Assembly (NCBI GenBank): GCA_964016885.1
Contig: OZ024743.1
Span: 21,266,001 to 21,330,000, forward strand
Length of the DNA stretch: 64,000 nucleotides
Direction: 5' to 3'
Source: Eledone cirrhosa
Lineage: Eukaryota
Part shown: positions 37,653 to 51,047 of the stretch, piece after piece
Position numbering within the stretch: position 1 is the first letter of the stretch
How the letters are laid out: each line of letters starts with the position of its first letter
The notes under the pieces: generated by a model
Databases searched by the model: none
Told to the model about the DNA's origin: nothing
The model's input: the letters and a program-made list of their open reading frames with translations, nothing else
Position numbers and translations under genes: made by a program

Positions 37653-39869
37653 GTTTAAACGAATGCGGTAGAGAATTTCCGCCATGGCAAAAAACTTTGG
37701 GTATCAACATGTTTTTTCTGATCTTACATAATAAATAATATATGTATAAAAGTGTGCGCGTGTGTATTTATGTGAGTGTGATTGTGTGATATTTTTTTTT
37801 CTTGGCTATTTGTTATTAAGTGAACAGAGTGTTGATCCCTTGGTGTTTTAAAATATATTTTAAGTAAAACCAGTGTTGAGGTGCAGATTTTGGAATTATC
37901 TGTATGTAAGGCCTTGCATTGTATAGCTTAGTCTTTCGAGCGTTCATAAAACAAGTTCTAGTACATTTTATTAAATACTCATGAAAAAAACTCCTTCACT
38001 GCAAAAACTAATATCAGTCAAAATCATTTCATTACCATGTAATCAAAATATTTTCAGAACATTTTATCCATGTGACGACATGAAGTAATTCTTTCTTTCT
38101 TTCTTTCTGTCTGTCCGAGTTCTCCTTATAAGAAGAAGAAGAGTGAGAGTTAATGCCGTAACTTGCAATGTCCATTCAGTGCCGTTTATTTCTAGATAAT
38201 ATATTTAACAGTGCATTTTTTTATATTAAACGACATCCTCAACTAACAAAGTGCGATAGGTGACCTTGATGTTACAGTAATATCTAAAATGGACAACAGT
38301 CCTTATTCTCTCTGGGGTCGCATTTTGTCTGTTAATAAAGCCATCAACACTAGTTATCCCAGTTTTACTTAGTGTAGGTTAATTATACCTTTACAAAATG
38401 GGCGTTGTGTTTTCTTACTGTACTGAATGCCTATTTTTACATGATAAATTACTGAAAGGGTATTTTCTATATCAGTGTTATATAACATAGATACGATTGG
38501 ACTTCCGTCGGTTTCGACGATGGGCATTCCAGTTGTTTGATCAATCGAACAGCCTGCTCATGAAAATAACGTGTACCCTTAACGTAATTCTCAGGGAGAT
38601 TTGGCGTAACACAGTGTGTGACAAGGCTGGTTCCTTGAATTATAGATACAGTTTATCTGATAGGCTACCAAATAATTTCCGTTTAGTCACTTTTACTAAC
38701 AAGGCATAGGTGGACTTAAGACTACGGTAAATAACACTTGGCCAAGATGTCATACAGTGGGATCGAACCCGGTACCTTCTTGGTTCAAACTATCAAAAAC
38801 TGAGCACAGTGCATCTTCAAATATCTCACCAATGAAAGTTTTTCTTTAATTGAAATCAAACGCTGTTTGAAGATTTTTGACTCAAGTACTGTTCCTCATT
38901 CCGTATAATACAAGGGTAGTGGATTTCTAAAACCCGTTAGAGCAATGGTATTTATTTACAGTTTTTTGCGCTCTGAATTCAAATCCCACCGAGATCAAAT
39001 TTCATCCTCCAGAGGTCGATAAAATAAAGTGATAGTAAAGTACTGGGGCTCATATATTCGACTATCCTCTCCCATAAATTGCTGACCGTCTACTAAAATT
39101 AGAAATTCAGCGCTTGAAGACGATGAAACTGGGGGGGGGGGGGGGGGGGGGGGCTTGTAACTACTGCCGCAATTTAAAAAAATTGTTGGTTTAAGAAGTA
39201 AATATGGTGACCACACTCTAAAGTCAAAAGAAATAACTGCGATGGTTTGTCTACCTAAAATATTAGTTCTCAGCATTTTGCTTGGTAAACATTGAGCAAA
39301 AAGAGTGCATCAAAATTCCTTTTCATAAATAAAAGACACGCACCCACAAGCAGGTACTGACACACACAAGGAGATACATACATCTCTCTCCCTCTGTATA
39401 AATAAGTATGTGGATTTTGTATATTTAATGATATACGGTATGTTTACGAATAAACATTTGGAAAGCCATTTAGCTATGAATATTGAAATAGCTGACGGCA
39501 AGTTAATCTTTGTTTTCTCTCCAAAGACTGATGTTGCGTTTAGAAACACCAACGTATCTAACTACTGCACAGTTTTTTTTTTTCTTTTGTATATTCAATT
39601 GCTTCCAATTTAAATGATGCATCATAGGCGGATAGTTTGGTTTTCTTACTTAAGTCTCTTGATTGTTCTTTTTTAATGCTAAGTATGTTTAATCAAAATC
39701 GTTATCACAAATATTTTATTTCTACATAAATTACCATAGTATTTTTCAGTTTAAACTTATTAGTATCAGTGAATACTATTTATGAAGCATCATAACTATA
39801 TCTATGTTATTTACATGTCTAATTTCTTTTATTTTATATTTTGTATGAGGGTGGTAGATTGGCGGTAAA

Positions 39870-40060
39870 GGGCGGTGGATTGGCAGTATCGGTAGAGGGT
39901 CGGAAGCCATGCTTTGCAGCATAGAGTTACGGCCCTATAAGGTCTGAGTTCAAATCCCACCGAGGTTAACTTTGCCTTTTATCCTTACAGGGTTGATAAA
40001 ATAAAGTACCTGTAATGCACTGGGATAATTGCTGGCCGTGTGCCAAAAGTAAAACAATTA
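39870..40060 (+). mobile_element. tRNA-derived SINE (major family), full length
   Basis: A box, B box gagttcaaatcc, shared core and tail. Confidence 0.9.
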
Positions 40061-40553
40061 TTTTATATTTCTCAAAGCATTTAGTCTAGTTTTCAAACTT
40101 GTTACTGCATGTCAACAAAGAAAGGAATATCTGTTTAGGAAACAACTTCATGGCATGTGAATTACCGGCCTATTATTCAAACGAAAACAAGTATATATTT
40201 TAACAATGTTTAGGAATAGGTTGTAACAATGGTATTATCAGAACATGGCAGATCTATCGTAGTCTCTTTATTAATTTCATATTAATTTTCTGTCTTTAAG
40301 ACAAATGACATTTAATTTTTGCTGATTCTCAAATATTAACTATTTCTACTTTGAGTTTTATTATCTAATGAGCCCACAAATTGTATTCGCAATTTTGCCA
40401 TAGGAAATGAGTATCTTTAAGCGCGGTACAATTTATGGAAATGTGTACATCTTTTGTTTCGCGATATTTTGGAATTATTAACTCATTTTCAACTGAAAAG
40501 AAACGGGTGGGAGTGTTGACGATGAAAGATACTCAGCTGCAGTACATATACCC

Positions 40554-40611
<58 letters not shown>

Positions 40612-40616
<5 letters not shown>

Positions 40617-40850
40617 AACGAGTAGGACCCCGACGGCTGAGCTCAAGCCGTTTTGACGGCTAATTCTGGACTAAAAAAAAAATTTTTTTTTTCTTTTTTT
40701 TTTTTTTTTCAGTCCAGAATTAGCCGTCAAAACGGCTTGAGCTCAGCCGTCGGGGTCCTACTCGTTCCTATTACCCACTCTACTACCCTAAATATTGAGT
40801 ACTTTGGTGCGTTATGGTCCACCTGGTTCCTTACCACATTTCCTTCGTTA
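40612..40850. mobile_element. Family G fold-back element in (TA)n with hammerhead 3' half
   Basis: 40612-40672 perfectly inverted at 40711-40771 around an A/T spacer; ends ccttaccacatttccttcgt-(TA)n. Confidence 0.8.
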
Positions 40851-41039
40851 TATATATATATATATATACAGTATATATACAAAGTTTCAAAAAAAGCCCG
40901 CATGACTAAGTCTTCAGAATATGAATTCAAAACAAAGGGTGCACAGGACAAATGTGTGTGCATATTTGAGTACATATGTGTGTATGTATGTATGAACATA
41001 TGCATGTAAGTATATATCACTCTATATATATATATGTAT

Positions 41040-41505
41040 GTATCTATATGAAATTGTGTGATAAGCAGTCGGAGTATATAATACAGTTACATATGTTTAA
41101 ATATATATATATGTGTATATATATATACAAATGGAAGTTTAGTTAAATCGAAATTTTGGATGTGGCCAAGCTAACGATATACAATCAGGAATGTGCAGCA
41201 AAGCACTCGATAAGGTTGTGTCACCTTAGAGTAATAACATACGTTAGATAGCTTTACAAATTGTTTTGGGGGGAACTTTCAATGTTTATTTTAGGTTTTG
41301 CTGTCTGAAGAGTTCAGGCTATCTAAACTTATAGTCCTCAGTGAAATATGTCTAACGGGGTTTTAAATAAACCTGAACTAACTGAATATGGCCTCCGATC
41401 TTTTATTAATATATAATGCTCCGTCTTGTACCATTTATACAGGTCGTTGAACAGTTCTATTTATCTGCTTCACAACCAACAGACCATAATGTGATCAGCA
41501 CATCC
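41040..41505 (+). mobile_element. TA-flanked insert with degenerate hammerhead motif
   Basis: ctgt-CTGAAGA-gttcagg..cctcagt-GAAA-tatgtc-TA-acgg at about 41301-41360. Confidence 0.45.
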
Positions 41506-41733
41506 CTCTCTCTCTATATATATATATAGTAATAATCATAAATGTGAAGACTAAAATCCAAAAAGGGCTCGATAAGGATAAATATATATCAAATATATAA
41601 GAACCCTAGAGCAAATATTTATTAAAATAACAGATTAAAGTTTAAGCAAAGAATCGCTGCTTCCACTCTTAACAGGATCTTCTGAAACTAAAAAAATCGA
41701 TCTGTGAACGCAGAAGTATATATATATATATAT

Positions 41734-42506
41734 AGCCAGATTGAAGTATACTAATTATTATACTACAGTTTGTCCATATCTAATCTACGGAATAGGTTTG
41801 ATTTTGAAATTTAAATGTGTCTAAACATCACGGCCTTTTGGCAATACAGTTCGTCTCCGTTGATTTATTATTTTAAATCGATATGGACAAACTGTAGTAT
41901 AATAATTAGTATACTTCAATCTGGCTAAATTTTTCTTTTGCAATATATATACAGATGTGTTGGTATCTGTGTTTCATCACATACATATTAATTTATACGC
42001 TGCTCAGGGGATATTTTTCCTCATTCGAGCTGATTCCATTGTAAAAGAATTCATTACCTTATTAATTTTAACTGCTCCTAGTTTGAGCTGCAAGCCGCCT
42101 TATATACGACTGTTATTTCTAGCAGTACGGTTATGAGACTAGTTAGATACTGTAAAGCCATGTGCGTCACGCAGTCTTTTAAATTATTTAGAAGTGAAGC
42201 ATATCAATTTGTCTCTGGATGTTTACTGAGGAGAGCGGGACATGATATTCCTACACTTATTTAACTCGAAACATATTTGGATCTTAAAGTCTAAACTTAT
42301 CTACGGAACAGGTTTGATTTTGAAATTTAAATGTGTCTAAACATCACGGCCTTTTGGCAATACAGTTTGTCTCCGTTGATTTATTATTTTAAATCGATAT
42401 GGACAAACTGTAGTATAATAATTAGTATACTTCAATCTGGCTAAATTTTTCTTTTGCAATATATATACAGATGTGTTGGTATCTGTGTTTCATCACATAC
42501 ATATTA

Positions 42507-42511
<5 letters not shown>
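41734..42511 (+). mobile_element. Retrozyme/pLTR-like element: inverted 5' stub, 515 bp unit and 213 bp terminal redundancy in (TA)n
   Basis: 41784-41996 repeated at 42299-42511; 41734-41780 is the reverse complement of 41881-41927; hammerhead at 42221-42296. Confidence 0.8.
42221..42296 (+). ncRNA. Type I hammerhead ribozyme motif
   Basis: gttta-CTGAGGA-gag...ctc-GAAAC...GTC-taaac; stem III imperfect. Confidence 0.65.
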
Positions 42512-42598
<87 letters not shown>

Positions 42599-42953
42599 GA
42601 AGTAACCGAAACTGCATAAATGCGTATATACCCAACTTAATATATGTCTTAATTAACTACCAACACGAGCACTAATGATATCCAAATTAGTACGTTCATT
42701 TCAGAATTCTACTATAAGTGATAGAGTATATAAACCCCTCGATTACGTATTTCCTTGTGGTTATTTAGATGATAAATATATCTTCTAAAGAAAACCGAAC
42801 TAGGCTTGAAAACCAGCTAATGGTGTTAATCATTTTTTACAGTTTACAAGTAAATACGTACATTTGGCATGTTTACATGTCCACACACTATATATATATA
42901 TCCGTACCGAGGGCGATTGTAGCATGATAAAATTCATCATCTTTGTACCTGTA

Positions 42954-42984
<31 letters not shown>

Positions 42985-43567
42985 ATTTTAATTTTATTGA
43001 GTATTTTGTGGTGTTTTGGGCTTAGGTTTGTTGTATTTAGTTGTTGGGTTGTTTCAGGAAATATTGTATATATTGTATCATACCTCTGATACTCTCTGGC
43101 CTAAGATCCCCTGTTGAAAGGTCTCAAGTCCGAAGGGATTCGCTATCCTTGTTTAAATTTATTTCACGGGTTAGGTGTATTTTGAGTTGTAGGTCTTACT
43201 TAGATTAAGCTTGTTCTGTTTTTGTTGTTGGGTGGGGTTGCGTAAGGAAACATATGTACTATGTTATGTCTCCGATACCTTACAGACTAAAATCCCCATT
43301 GGAAGGTCTCTAATACGAAGGTTTATTTAATTGTTTTATCGTTGATAGGATAAAGTATTTTGTGTACTACAGATTATATGGTACTAATTTATGTAGTAGC
43401 AACAATTCGATAGAAATCAGATAGCGATGTAGATGTTTGCGTGATGAAGGTCGGAGTATTAGTATCTCTATAGTGGGGGGCTTCTAAGTTTTATTTTATA
43501 GGCTAACTGTATTTTGTGTGGTGTGTTTTAGCTAGCTTAGGAATATATATGTATATATATATGTATA

Positions 43568-43732
<165 letters not shown>

Positions 43733-44351
43733 GTCTTTAACAAGAGCTAGGTTTATGCGCTTCATTCATTTGCAATCATCGTTATTTAAAACCCGCGGTT
43801 GCTTAAACATGCAGATAAAGTAACCGATCTATTTTAAGAAAATCCCTCTAAAATATTGATGTTCTGTGCAAGAAAATGTAATCAGAAAACAAAGCAAAAT
43901 TAGTGGGAAAAGTTTGCTATGTGAAATTCGAAAACATTTATACATATTCATAATTGTGAAGATTTCTTTGTATGTTTAGTCGGATTATAACCTATATGTG
44001 CTCCGTACCCTTTCTCCACATTTCACACTCACTTCTGTATGCCATTCTGAATACATTTTATCCATTCTATTTTAAAACGATATAAAAGAACTTTAGTTAT
44101 TTTGTTATAATATTCAGTGTGTCTGTTTGGAATATTCACAATTTAAGTAGAGCGTGTGATTGTTAATTTTAGCAATCTATTGACATCGCGTAAATACAGT
44201 GTACAATTGTTAACGTCAACTGACAGATATTTGGTGACGTTGAAAACTTTAAAGTCAAATAAAAGCAAAACATAAAACACACACATGCACACACATGTGT
44301 ATATATATATATGTGTATTCATGTATTAAAGTGCTTATATATATGTGTATG

Positions 44352-44386
<35 letters not shown>

Positions 44387-44956
44387 GTATATGTATGTAT
44401 ATATGTGTATATAGATGTGTATGTATGTGTATGTGTGTACACATGAACTAGAGTATGTATGTATATATGTGTGTGTCTATACGTGTGTATATAAAGATAA
44501 GTTGATTATGAAAATGTATACACATGAGCGCGTATGTATGTACATGAATACATGTGTGTATATATATGTGTATGCATGTGTATATATATGTAAGTATGAA
44601 TATGTGAATTGTGAGTATATGTATTTTGTAGAGGTGTGCAAATATATTTGTGTGTGAATGCGTGGGTGAAAGGATACGTACACTTGAAAGAAAAATTTAA
44701 GTCTGAATGTTAATTAAGTGCAAACACAAAACCAACCACGCATATCTTTACTATCTCTAATCCTTCTATAGATTTAGAAAAATAACCAATAATATATTCT
44801 ATAAAAAATGTCAAAACAACAGATGGGAATCTAATTACTCACTGCCACCAATAATTCTCACTGCTATCGAAAAACCACTCCTTCAACTATTCTTCTAACA
44901 ACTTCACCCCTCCCTCCTAATATTCTCTATAAAAACTAAATAGGTCCTCAGTAATA

Positions 44957-45076
44957 TTATTCTGATGAAATGACAGTAAATAATAACATTGAAATATTGA
45001 ATGTCTGCATAACTAAAAGTTTGTAGATAGCAGCTGTTTTAGGTTATGTAACTGTTATAGAAACACGTGTCAATAA
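44957..45076 (+). ncRNA. Type I hammerhead motif with large loop-2 insertion
   Basis: ttatt-CTGATGA-a-atgacagt[about 70 nt]actgttat-a-GAAA-cacgtg-TC-aataa; element ends at (TA)n near 45230. Confidence 0.75.
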
Positions 45077-45223
45077 ATTCCTTTCAACTAAACTGTATCC
45101 ATTCATATCTTTCTATTTCTCTCCGGATTACTTTTGGAACTACAACTGGAACCGTCGAGCAAACTCTACGTGAGCTGATAATCTACTGTGTGTAATATTT
45201 ATATTACAACACAACGGAAAATA

Positions 45224-45266
<43 letters not shown>

Positions 45267-45267
45267 G

Positions 45268-45712
45268 AGGTTATATTTAATTTGTTGGGATTCAACAAGC
45301 TTTAAAATGTTTATAACTGATATAAAGCACTCAACAAGTTAGTGGAGTAAATATACAATATATTAATAAATGGAAACTATATTTATAAAATCATAATTAT
45401 TTTATTATATATATTTCAATGGCGACCAAGGTAAATTATGGTGCGCTTTCATCAGATAAAATACAGATTTGTTTTATAAATAAATATTGACATACCCGGA
45501 AAAAGACAAAATCAACGGTTGAAATTCGCTGGATAGTCTATCCAGCGAATTTCAACCGTTGAGGTTGTCTTTTTTCCAGGTAAGTCAATATTTATTTATA
45601 AAACAAATCTGTATTTTATCTGATGAAAGCGCACCATAATTTACCTTGGTCGCCCTTGAAATATATATAATAAAATAATTATGGTTTTATAAATATAGTT
45701 TCCATTTATATT
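45268..45712. mobile_element. Family A fold-back element, second copy
   Basis: Arms 45365-45536 and 45538-45710; hammerhead motif at 45613-45676(+) with mirror at about 45400-45465(-). Confidence 0.8.
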
Positions 45713-45884
45713 ATATATATATATATATAATAGAAAACGAAAAATCAGTGATGCATCTGAACTCAATTTATTGTGTGTTACAATTGTTTCGCCGGCGGAC
45801 AGCTCGAGACGCGATCATTGTGTGGATCTGTCTGATTCTGGACCCGCAGGTTCGACGGATACGTCTAATGATTTCGGAGCATAT

Positions 45885-45922
<38 letters not shown>

Positions 45923-45924
45923 GC

Positions 45925-46377
45925 TTTCAGCGTATTTTTTTACTAAAGAAATTTTAGCCTGATAGTGTGGTTTAGAACCCTCAGAGAAATGGAAAAAGAT
46001 GAGTATTGACGTACATGGGAGTCGAACCCACATCTTTGGTTATCCAGACCACTGTGCTACCATTACACCAACACATCACCCATCTCCTTCCATTCAAATT
46101 AGAAGCTACATTCTTAGCAAGCATGATGACAAGTAAGTATGTTTTTGAAACTGTAAGCAAGTTTAAAATTAGAAAATAGAAGCTTTCACCGTAGTTTTTT
46201 ACTAAAGAAATTTTAGCCTGATAGTGGGGTTTAGTACGTTAATACTCATCTTTTTCCATTTCTCTGAGGGTTCTAAACCCCACTATCAGGCTAAAATTTC
46301 TTTAGTAAAAAACTACGGTGAAAGCTTCTATTTTTTAATTTCAAACTTGCTCACTGTTTCAAAAACATACTTACATA
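45925..46377. mobile_element. TA-flanked element with direct and inverted repeats and an internal tRNA-like sequence
   Basis: 45935-45975 repeated at 46195-46235; 45940-46007 inverted at 46240-46310; 46135-46230 inverted at 46275-46375. Confidence 0.65.
46007..46077 (-). other. tRNA-like sequence / Pol III internal promoter
   Basis: gatgtgtTGGTGTAATGGtagcacagtggtctggataaccaaagatgtgGGTTCGACTCCcatgtacgtc; A and B boxes at tRNA spacing, weak acceptor stem. Confidence 0.6.
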
Positions 46378-47256
46378 TCTATATATATAAAGCTGTGGTT
46401 GTCTGTCTGTCTATCGATTTTTGGCACACATCTCCTCTTAGAATCTCTGACGGAATTGCACCGAAATTGCTATACTTGTACATTGAGCCCTAGCGAAGAC
46501 ATCGGAAAAAAAATATTTCAAATTGACCCACCCTATGTGACGAAATCGAATCTAAGGTATCGATTTTTGAGCGTAAGTGACGAGTTTTTCCCTTTGTTCT
46601 ATATATATAAAGCTGTGGTTGTCTGTCTGTCTATCGATTTTTGGCACACATCTCCTCTTAGAATCTCTGACGGAATTGCACCGAAATTGCTATACTTGTA
46701 CATTGAGCCCTAGCGAAGACATCGGAAAAAAATATTTCAAATTGACCCACCCTATGTGACGAAATCGAATCTAATGTATCGATTTTTGAGCGTAAGTGAC
46801 GAGTTATTTCCCTTTGTTCTGTTTACATTGAGCGTCTTACGTTCTGTTTACATTTTCTGCGTGCAAAAATTAAAAAAATTACGCTGGCTTTCTCAGCGTT
46901 TAAAATGACATTAACACAATACACGAACAGTTGTCGAGCCAGCAAAATTTTGACCTGCAAAATTCATCAGTTCGAACACTAAGCTTCCGATTTGCTTCAT
47001 TTCCATTTAAAAGCCTTTTAAAACAATATTTTTACTTGAAAACAAGTCTATTTAAAGACTACGTAAAACAAGCAAATATTTCGTAAAAAGAAGCAAAAAT
47101 TATATAAGTTTATTTAAAATATATGTATCTGTAAATTTCGTTAGGCGTGCAGACAGACAGTCGTGCAGACAGACTTTAAGCCAAAAAAGAAACTTAACAT
47201 TGTAACTTTAACACAGCTACTGAGCGACCCCGAGCAACGCCGGGCTTTACTGCTAG
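46378..47256 (+). mobile_element. Non-autonomous Helitron-like element with duplicated 5' 220 bp
   Basis: A|TCtatatatataaagctgtggttgtctgtctgtc; 46378-46598 repeated at 46599-46819; 3' cccgagcaacgccggg plus CTAG|T. Confidence 0.75.
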
Positions 47257-48299
47257 TATATATATAAAACAGAGGATGTCTGTCTGCTGTGTAAATCCCT
47301 AAACCTCGAGAAGTACCCGACCGATTCTTTTCAAACTTTACACATGCGTTACTTATATTTCTTGAAATCCAATGAGCTAAAAGAAAATTTTACTTTTTCT
47401 GCCCTAGGCATTAGGCGAAAAACCACATTTTAAAGGCCATTTTAGGCTTTTTTGAAGCGTAACTTAAAGATAGTCCAGCCGATTTCATCGAAATTTGCAG
47501 CACAGATTAGTTAGTCTCCTCGCATTGCTCTGGACGTAAAACATTTCCGATTCCATTAATGGTTTCTAGGAAATTTACGAATTAGCATTGGGCATTACGT
47601 GCCATTTTCATTTTCAATATAAACGCTACGTAAACATCGTAAGTAGAGTATAATATTTCGTTAAAAATTTGGTTTATTTAACAGAGGATACAACATTTAC
47701 TTACTTTTAAGCAGGGCCATTTTCGGGGGATTGAAGAAATGAGGAGGACCTTAAAATTTTTGTCGGCGCCCTGTTGACGCTTCGTGCTTTCATCACGTAC
47801 AAATCCGGGCCCTGTGTACGTTGCCGTGTTATTGACACCGTAAAACTCACGTTTGTACTACTTATACTAAGGCCCCTTTTGTTGCACCTACACCGCAGTA
47901 TGAACGCGCTGCGCAAGTACGCCGAATAGTAATTGTGCTAATTTCGCGATGACCCCTTTTGTCGCACATAGACATAACTGATGATGTCTGTCCGGATGAC
48001 TGGGTGCGAATCTATAAAACTCGAAAAGTACCTAACCGATTTTCTCCAAATAGAAGAAAAATCATACTCTAAGATTTAGTAAGCTTAAATAGTATCCAGC
48101 TGATTTTCTTCAGATTTTGCATATGCATGCAGATGTTTCACGATTCGGGCCTGCTGGTGTTTTACGTTTCCAGTATATGAACAATCATTCCCTGAGAATA
48201 AGGGGATTCAAAAAGTACACAGCTACATTCTTCAATCTTTGCATATGCGTATTCCTATTTAATGTTCCCTACCCCGTGCAACGCCGGGTCCTGCTGCAA

Positions 48300-48300
<1 letters not shown>
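47257..48300 (+). mobile_element. Non-autonomous Helitron-like element directly abutting the previous one
   Basis: tatatataaaa..gtctgtctg..accgattcttttcaaacttt; 3' cccgtgcaacgccggg plus gcaag|t. Confidence 0.65.
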
Positions 48301-48379
<79 letters not shown>

Positions 48380-48799
48380 AACAGTTTACTGGAATACTTA
48401 ATTCGATTATAAAGACAGTTGTTAGAATTAGTTGCGATATTCGCAGCGGCTCTCTGCATTTTGATTTCAAAAGCCGCTGATGTAAACTTTAAGATAAAAA
48501 AAACCAGTTCCAGTTCAATACTGGGGTCGATTCCTTCTATATATCTTTTTCTCGCTTCTACTCTTTCTCTCCTTCTCTGGAAGAAATCGAGTTCATACTT
48601 ACATATTTTCTTCAAAAGCAATTAGATTTTATATGGAGCGGAGTTGAGTATATAGTTGCTATTAAATTCTTTGGGGAAGTCCATTGCAGAATTAATCAGG
48701 CTAGTATCAGAGGAAGGATGTAGTGGGTTTTGTGAGGGTAGGAGGACTATAAATGGTTAACATAGTTTGAGTGAAACGAAACTAATTCTCTTGGTCATT

Positions 48800-50042
48800 A
48801 TTGTATCAAGGGTGGGGATTGGCAGTATCAGTAGAAGGTCGGACGCCATGCTTTGCAACATAGAGTTACGCCCCTTTATGGACTGAGTTCAAATCCCGCC
48901 GAGGTTGACTTTGCCTTTCATCCTTACGGGGTCGATAAAATAAAGTACCAGTAATGCACTGGGTAATTGCTGGCCTTGTGCCTAAAGTAGAAACAATTAT
49001 TGTATCAAGGGTGGGGATTGGCAGTATCAGTAGAAGGTCGGACGCCATGCTTTGCAACATAGAGTTACGCCCCTTTATGGACTGAGTTCAAATCCCGCCG
49101 AGGTTCACTTTGCCTTTCATCCTTACAGGGTCGATAAAATAAAGTACCAGTAATGCACTGGAGTAATTGCTGTCCTTGTGCCAAAAGAAGAAACAATTAT
49201 TATATCATACTTGAAGTGCAGTGGATTGGCAGTATCGGTAAAGCGTCGGACATCCTGCTTAGTGGCATAGAGTTACGGCCCTTTTGGTTCTGGTTTCAAA
49301 TCACCTGGCTAAGTTTTGCCTTTCATCCTTATGGGGTCGATAAAATAAAATACCAATCACGCACGGGGGCCGATTTAATCGATTTGCTCTTCCCCCAATA
49401 TTGCTGGCCTTGTGCCTAAATCATAAGCCATAATGAATGCAGTTGATTAGCAGTATCGGTAGAGCGTCGGATAACATACTTTGGCACATATAGTTACGGC
49501 CCTTTACGTTCTGATTTCAAATCCCGCCGAGGTTAGCTTTACCTACGAGGTCGATAAAATAAAGTACCAGTAACGCACTGAGGTCGATTTAATTGACTTT
49601 TCTCTCCTCCAAATTGCTGGCCTTGTGTCAAAATCAGAAACCCTTATTATATCATATTTACTGGGCAGTGGGTTGGCAGTATCGGTAGAGTGTCGGACAA
49701 CATGCTTCACGGTATAGAGTTACGGCCCTTTACGTTCTCGTTTCAAATCGCCGAGGCTAGGTTGTATCCTTACGGGTTCGATAAAATAAAGTATCACTAA
49801 TACACTAGGGTAAATTTAATCGAATTATCCCTCCCATTGTTGTTATTGTGCCATTATCAGAAACCATGGCATTATCGTGTCGGACACCATGCTTTTCAGC
49901 ATAGAGTTACGTCCCTTTGCGGACTGAGTTCAAATCCCGCCGAGATTAACTTTGCCTTTCATCCTTACGAGTTCGATAAAATAAAGTACCAGTAATGTAC
50001 TGGGGTAATTGCTGGCCTTGTGCCAAAAGTAGAAACAATTAT
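48800..50042 (+). repeat. Head-to-tail array of six major-family SINEs
   Basis: Units start near 48810, 49009, 49220, 49440, 49666 and 49878; the first two are near-identical with period about 199 bp. Confidence 0.9.
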
Positions 50043-50361
50043 TAAATTTTTTTGTGGTTCATGGATTTTGTTTAAATATTTATTTGATTAATTCACAAAT
50101 GTCGATAGTAGATTTGTCTCTACATTAATGTTACAGTCAATTCAATCAAAGATAATACCACCACTACTTTGTCCAAGTATTTATTTAAATAATTGAAGAA
50201 TCTCCACAGTTGATCAAACCCTAAACTAAAGTTATTTTAAAATAATCTAATCTAATCGCAAAATTACAACTTTGTTTTGTATGTCGATATTAGTAGTAGT
50301 TTTGTAGAAGTTGTAGTTTTACTGAAAGTACATGATGACAAATATATATATATATATATAT

Positions 50362-51047
50362 TTAACATAGAAAAACTTCTACAGGCCTAGAACTGTTTCA
50401 TACGTGAGAAATCATCAGGAAGCTGACTGTCCAAGTAAATATGGTGGTATTTATATATTTTCTGGTGGTAGGTTACAAGTACATTCACACACCTGTAGAC
50501 ACCTGAAATATAGCTTAAGAGAAATTTAACAATAAGGAGAGGCACCCCAAATTTGAACCTGTTTATAGAATTCTTTCTGCCTTTGTCACTCTAAATACAG
50601 CTTTAAATAATTAGCTTTTAAAGAATTCCCCTTTCTTTAAACACATCAACAAATGACCTACACCCATCTTGTTGACACCTGAAATATAGGCATTGTTAGC
50701 TTAAGAGAAAATTAAAAATAAGGAGTGGCACTCCAATTTGAACTTTCTGCCTTTGTCACTCTAAATATAAATTATAGCTTTAATGATTTAGCTTTTAAAG
50801 AATTCCCTTTTCTTTAAACCAATCAAACAATGATCTCCACCCATCCCAATCCCCACCCTCTCCTACCACCAGAAAAGATATAAATACCATCATATTTACT
50901 TGGACAGTCAGCTTCCTGATGATTTCTCACGAATGAAACAGTTCTAGTCCTGTAGAAGCTTTTCTATATTAACCTAAACATTTATAGTCTGCACTGTATT
51001 GAGTACCTTACTTACTGTGGTTACCCCCGATTGAACCCGGGAAAACT

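Noticed and set aside
48800-50042. CRISPR-like or tRNA gene array
   Set aside because: Units are about 200 bp SINEs dispersed elsewhere in the window; no unique spacers, cas genes or cloverleaf
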